From the human T2T-CHM13v2.0 reference genome, Homo sapiens, in assembly GCF_009914755.1 (NCBI RefSeq), contig NC_060935.1: DNA of 64,000 bases; one strand, 5' to 3'. The notes under the pieces are model-generated. The model ran no database searches, was not told the DNA's origin, and saw nothing but the letters and a program-made list of their open reading frames with translations. Made by a program: the position numbers and the translations under genes. Below are positions 57,801 through 64,000 of this stretch, one piece after another; the first letter of the stretch is position 1; each line of letters starts with the position of its first letter.

Positions 57801-58639
57801 GGCAATTGTTATTAATAAAATTTCTGATTAGCTTTAGTTCTGTAAAAGTTATATATGTTTTTGTATAAGAGCTACGTATTTCTATGTGCTAGCTACATAT
57901 TCACTTATTTTCTTCTAAACATACTTTGAAGTTCCAGAATTGTATTATTTTTTCATAGTTTCAATAGCAATTTCATGGCAAAATTTTAAAAACCTGTTAG
58001 ATTTATTCTTAAAATGTAATGATGACTTTTCTATTGCCAAAGATTTGAAGATTAATTGCTAGTGTAATAATTTTAGCATAATTGCATCGAATGGCTTTTA
58101 TGAACCCAGCAGCTGTGGTTACTCATATTCAGCAGCTGTGGTTATCCTGACTCAAATGGTTTTTCATCAGTTATTAGAAAAGTCACAAGTTCTTGGTAAA
58201 TTCATTTCTGAAATCGGAAAGCTTAAGTTTCCATTTTTTCTCAGATATACTCTATTTGAATATATTATCCCATATTTCAAGAGCATATTTTTAGCCACAA
58301 CTTAGCCAATGGCAACATCAGCAAAAAGAGATAATGTATTTGTACTTTTATACACAGTGTAATAACTTCTGATTTCTAATTGTAGGCAAATCTGAATTTG
58401 AATACTTTTCATATTTTGAGTTCTAAGACCGTTAGACAAAAGCAAGTTGACTGAAGGATATCACCAGTCTGTTTCATTTTGTAATGTACATAATGATGTT
58501 ATATTTTTCCTTTTTAATATTTATGTAGAAATAATGTATTTACTAATATCATGGACTTGATTTTCAAACTTTTATTAGGTTATTATTTAGTAAGATATGA
58601 AAGTGTCTTTTTGAAAATGCAGTTAAAGGGAAAGAACTA

Positions 58640-59590
58640 TGTACTTATTTTTCCTTTGTGAATTATATTTCAAGATAACAAAAGAAAAGTTGATACAACT
58701 CTTCCTTATTGAATAATTCTAGATAATAAATATGGCAGGAATGATGGAATTTGAAAAATCATTATTTCACAAACTCTAATAAAATAATTGGTTCAGACAA
58801 TTATTATCAAAGGTTGAATCCATTAGATGGAAGGTTGATGGGGGTGTTTGCAAGAGAAGGATAAGCTGTCACCACCTGTACCCTGTGATCAATCTTTGCA
58901 TCACAAAGAGGAGGCATTCAGACACTATGTGCCTCCTAATGTGATGAAATATGAAGAACAATTTCCAAAAGTATTCTTTCAAAAAGAGTAAACCTGAACC
59001 TAATCAAGTTTTAGAACTAATTTACCATTAACAGGAAACACAGGTATAAAAGAACAAGTTAAATGACAACACTGGAACCAGAATGTGGGACAGTTTGCAA
59101 GATAACGAACTCAGTTTAATCAATAGGTTAATGGCAGGCAAAAGAGGCAAGCGAGAAGGGCTTCTCTATATTAATAAGACTTATAATACATAACAATTTA
59201 TGACCTTTCTGTGAATCCTGATTTAAATAATTCAATTAAAACAAATTTTGAGACTGTCAGAGAAATTTAAATATGGACTGGGTATTATGTGATGCCAATT
59301 AATTTTTGTTTCTTGGGAGAAGTAATGGCATTATAGTAGTTATATCATTTTTTTTTTCTTTAGAGATACATACTGAGTATGTAGGAATTAAATAACACGT
59401 GGTCTGGGATTTGTTTTAAAACGCTTAAGGAATAAAAACAAGAGGGAGATGAATGAAGCAAGTGCTGGAAAGTGTTGACAGTTGTTGAATCTACATTGTG
59501 GGTATCTTTGGGTTTCTTTGAAAATGTTCATAATAAAAATCAGTTTTTGTGTATCTTTGAAAATGTTCATAGTAAAATTAATATTTAAAA
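58640..59590 (+). mobile_element. L1MC-type 3' end
   Basis: aacctgaa.ctaatcaag ... agaatgtgggaca ... gaaatttaaatatggactgg ... ttagagatacatactga ... tctgggatttg.tttaaaa. Confidence 0.65.
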
Positions 59591-60199
59591 GTTTTTAAAA
59601 TGTCGTGGATATTTACATGTATGTTCTTGACCTTGTCACCCACCTTTTAGTACTTTCTTTTACACAGCTATTAGCACTTTTCTCCAAAAAAGTCTTGCGG
59701 GGGAGGCAGCATCCCCTATTACTGCAGTGTTGAAAATGGCAACCACTTTTCAAGTCCCCCTCACAGTTAGAGAACAGTCATGCCAGGCACCAACCCCAGT
59801 TTCTGGATAGGGAACTAGTGAATCAAAGAGGCAGTTTCTTTGCTCTCTTGAAAGGCAGTGGCAAACTAACCTACACTGAGAAAAAGGAAGTCGGTGATTG
59901 CCTAGTGATAGGGGAGGAAAGATTAGACGGGGGAGGGATTGCGAAGTACTAAGAGGTAATTTTCGAGGTGATGAAAAATGTTTATTATTTAACACTAATT
60001 AGCAAATTCTAATTCCTGGTAACATCCAGAGCTGAAGGCAAAGGTGATAGAAAAGCCATAGCTTCTGTGTTCAGTGGCACTATCAGGTTTTCCTTTCCTT
60101 TTTCCACCAGAATAACCAGTGTTTAACTGACCCTAGCCCAATTTTTGACTTTCCTGATAATTCTGTAAACTACCTAACATTGTTTTAGTAATTATCTTT

Positions 60200-61200
60200 T
60201 TTTACTTTTTACAGCTTTATTGGGGTTAATTAGCATTCAGTAAACAGCACATATTTAGTGTGTATATTTTGGTAATTTTTGAAATATGCATATACTTTTG
60301 AGGCTATCACCACAACAAGATAGTGAACATCCCCATTACCCCCAAAAGTTTTCTCTCAGCACTCCCTCCTCTTTCTTCTGCCCTATTCCCAGGCAACCAC
60401 TGATTTCTTTTTTATCAGTATAGATTAGTTTGCATTGTCTAGAGTTTTATATAAAAGGACAATACAGTTAAGTGTTCGGTTTTCTTTATGGCTTCTTTCT
60501 CACTCAGTGTAATTATCATAAGATTCATCTGTGTTATGTATATTAGGAGCTTTTCCCTTTTATTGCTAAATAGTATTCCATTTTATGAATATACCACAAT
60601 TTGTTTATCCATTTAGTCATTGAAGATATTAGTTTGTTTCCATTTTGGGGCTCTGATATGGTTTGGCTGTGCCCTCACCCAAATCTCATCTTGAATTCTA
60701 GTTCACATATCCCCCATGTGTCAAGGGAGGGACCTCATGGGAGGTGATTAGATTATGGGAGGCAGTTTCCCCCAGGCTGTTCTCATGATAGTGAGTTCTC
60801 ACGAGATCTGATGGTTTTATAAGGGGCTTTCCCCCACATTGCTCTGCACTTCTCTCTCCTACTCCATGTGAAGAAGGACATGTTTGCTTCCCCTTCCACC
60901 ATGATTGTAAGTTTCCTGAGGCCTCCTCAGTCATGCAGAACTGTGAGTCAGTTAAATCTCTTTCGTTTATAAATTACCCAGTCTTGGGTATTTCTTTATA
61001 GCAGCATGAGAATGGATTAATGCAGGCTTCTACATTAAGCTGCTGTGAATATTTAAACATTGATTTTATATCTTCATATGAACATATTCTTTTATTTTCC
61101 TTGACCAAATACCTAGTAGTGGAATGGCTAGATTATATGACAGGCATATGTTTAATCTTTTAATTAACTGCAAAACTGTTTTCAAATGTGATATATAATA
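60200..61200 (-). mobile_element. L1MB/MC 3' end, interrupted by THE1
   Basis: ccaggcaaccactgat ... tagattagtttgcatt.tctagag ... ataccacaatttgtttatccatt. Confidence 0.75.
60654..61024 (+). mobile_element. THE1 (C/D) MaLR solo LTR
   Basis: tgatatggtttggctgtg ... catgattgtaagtttcctgaggcctcc ... ttaatgca; 5-bp TSD ggctc/ggctt. Confidence 0.92.
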
Positions 61201-62479
61201 GATATTATTTTAAAAAATAAATAGATGAATGTATTAGGAAAGATGAGGTCTTACATGTATTTCGTTGTGTATATACATGATATAGTGCATTTATATGTTC
61301 CATGTGTCTTATTTGTATTTTGATAAATAACAAAAGTATATTTTTACTATCAGTAGGTAGGATTGTTAGAGCCACTAATTATTCAGGGTGCGACAAAGTA
61401 TCATCTCAAGGCAGATACAGCATTTCATATAGTAATTAATACCAGATCTTATTTAGTATTAACCAGTTACGCACAAAATATGAATATATGTGATTTATAA
61501 TGAAGTGTCAGCCTAGTACTCCAAATAATATAGCTCAGTATTTGAAAACTGATAGATTCACTGTGTGAGTATGAATTTATAATAAATATACTTCGGTGAC
61601 AGGTTCATTCTCAATTTGCTTATGTTAAAATTGCACTAACTAGCAGATCCTCTGAGATTTATTTCCAGGCTTTTAATGTCATATTACCTTGAAAAATGAT
61701 GATGTGAGTTCTTAACATGGTAGGGGTGCCTGTACATTTCACTTTTGATCTTGAGTGAAATCTCATCTCACAAATCACCAACATAAATTACAATTTGGTC
61801 TTGTGTGTGACTGGCATAAATATATTTTAGAGACATGAGAAATACAAAGAAAAGTTTTCCCGCCTCCCCCTTTATCCTGCATATGTTAACATTAGAAAGA
61901 TAACCCACTGCATATTCTCCTGTCTCATTTTAACATGTTGGTATGTAGTTTTGGGGGGATATGCATTCTTATGTATGCAGGGAAATTTTATATGGTTTGA
62001 TACATCTTGATGTGTTTGGTGACACAGTTGAACATCATCATTGTACATGGCCAAGCATGCACAGGGAGCATGAAACTATTAAGGGGTGATGAGAATATTG
62101 CCTAAGTATATTTTTGAGGCCCCCAAATCATTAAAATAGAATATTTGGGCTGAAGTTAAAAATATAATATTGTTTAATGAATTTCTATTCATTTCAAAAA
62201 CAGAAGATACATATTGTAAATATAAAAAGTATTATAAATTGTTTTTTTCTGCAAATTGTAATATCTGAGAAAACTGATGATTTAGTATTTTTCCTTTATA
62301 ATTCTTAGACATTTAATTGTCTTTATTTGTCTTCTTGGGATAGGTAGATCCATATGTGCAGTGTTGAATAAACATAGTGCTAGTTGGCATCCTTACCTTG
62401 CTATGAGTTTAAAGGGAATGGTTTTTAACATTTTATTATTATGATATTTGCTTCATTTTATAGATACCATTTATCAGGT

Positions 62480-62862
62480 TGTATTAGTTGGCTTGGCCTG
62501 CTATAACAAAATACCACAAATTGAGTGGCTTAAACAACAGAAATTTATTTTCTCACAGTTTTGGGGGCTAGAAGTCTGAAATCAGGGTACAGCATACTCA
62601 ATTTCTGGTGAGGCTGCTCTTCCAGGCTTGTAGACAGCTGCCTTCTTTCTGGGTCCTCACATGTCCTTTCCTTTGTACATGTGCACAGAGAGTGAATGAG
62701 TGAGGTCTCCAGTGTCTCTTCTTCCAGGGACTCAAATCCTATCAGATCAGGCCCCGAACCCCTATGACCTCATTTACCCTTAATTACCTCCTTGGAGGCC
62801 ACTTCTCCAAACACAGCTATAATGGGAGTTAGGGCCTCAACAGATGGATTTTAGTCCATAAA
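62480..62862 (-). mobile_element. MLT1A-like LTR
   Basis: tgtattagtt ... gctataacaaaataccacaaa.tg.gtggcttaaacaacagaaatttatt ... ttagtccataa. Confidence 0.8.
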
Positions 62863-62934
62863 TTAAGTCCATATTTATGGACATTTAGTCCATAAATTAA
62901 AGAAGTTTTCTAATATTCCCAGTGCTTCCCTTAG

Positions 62935-63420
62935 TCTTCACTTTACAGCAAACTATCCCAAAACTTAGTGACTTGAAGTAATAATGTTTTCTGCTTTTTA
63001 AATGATTCTGTGGGTTGGCTGGATTATTCCTTTTTAGTTTCACTTAAGCTTACATGTAAGGTTGCCTTTATTTGGAGAGTTGACTGGGCTGGAAGGTTCA
63101 AAATGTCCTTACTCATGTTTGTAGACGGTGCTGGCTATTAGCTAGGGTGACTTCATTCTTGATGTGGCCTTTTGTCTACCAGATGCTAGCATGGTATATC
63201 AGGGTTAAGTCCGGAAAGTAAACTGCATGTCCTTTTGAAGTCTAGGCTTTGTAAATTACATATTGTTTTTGCCGTATTCTGTTAGTCAAAGCAAATCCAG
63301 TCCAGATTCAAGATGGTGGGGAAGTAGATATCTCTTGATATGGGAGGAGAAGAACATTACATTGCAAAGGATGTGATTGCAGGAACGCATCATTTATCGA
63401 AGGCTATTATTATAACAATC
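62935..63420 (-). mobile_element. Older MLT1-type LTR fragment
   Basis: aactatcccaaaacttagtgactt ... gattctgtgggt ... tattctgttagtcaaagcaa ... ccagattcaag. Confidence 0.6.
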
Positions 63421-63429
63421 TCCCAAATC

Positions 63430-64000
63430 TTTGCTAAGTTTGCTAGGGGTAATTTGTTAAGAATTTATTGATGAATTTTATTGTCCGTGTTTCCTCTAAA
63501 TATTGAGAAGATTATATATTTTTTCTCCTTAATTTATGTGATGAAATATAGTTTCTATGGTTGAACCATATATTCAGTGTCATCCTGTATATCTTTTTAA
63601 AAATGTTTGATGTTTATTTCTTGAATCTGTGTTCAGGAGTAAGACTGGTCTTTGAATTTACATTTTCTTTGGTATTAAATTTTTACTAGCCTTTGTAACA
63701 TTATTTGGAAAATGTTGCCTCATTTTTCTAGTCTCTGAAAAAATTATTTGTTTTAAAGAATGCTAATAGAACTTAACATGTAAACTATTGGTGCCTGAGA
63801 TTTACTTTGAGATAGTATTTTTAACTTCTAATTTAATTTTTTGACCAACTATAGCCCCACTTAGAAAAACTCCACCATTCTTGAGATTGTTTTATTAATT
63901 TACATATTCCTAAGAATTTCTCTATTAGCCAAATTTGCAACTTTGTATGGTATAAAGTTTAAAATAATCTCATGGCATCTTTTAGTATTTTCTGTATCTG
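63430..64000 (-). mobile_element. Ancient L1M ORF2 remnant
   Basis: Degenerate L1-like phrases (attgagaagattatat, aaactatt.gtgcctg). Confidence 0.45.

Overview
Human genomic DNA from the 3' part of DYNC2H1 (cytoplasmic dynein 2 heavy chain) on the + strand; a near-consensus AluYb8 supports the human origin. Seven coding exons (14667-14827, 16169-16294, 19295-19405, 23441-23596, 28111-28186, 32595-32803, 35466-35570) have GT-AG boundaries and splice into one open frame of 944 nt (2 nt + 314 codons) encoding the AAA6 module and AAA lid. Everything else is intron, dense in Alu, L1, L2, MIR, ERV/MaLR LTRs and DNA transposons. I see no RNA gene, CRISPR array, non-human insert or clearly new biological system. 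The best leads are: (1) a sense-oriented, deleted ERV9/LTR12 provirus with a CCAAT array, a tRNA-Pro-type PBS and an intact splice donor; (2) two independent antisense L1s with nearly the same ORF1-to-ORF2 internal deletion, one leaving an in-frame chimeric ORF; (3) a CpG-retaining L1 5'UTR with a CTCF motif; (4) four-level nested insertions; (5) several template-switch footprints; (6) splice-regulatory oddities. Repeat subfamily names come from recalled consensus sequences, and many repeat boundaries are approximate.
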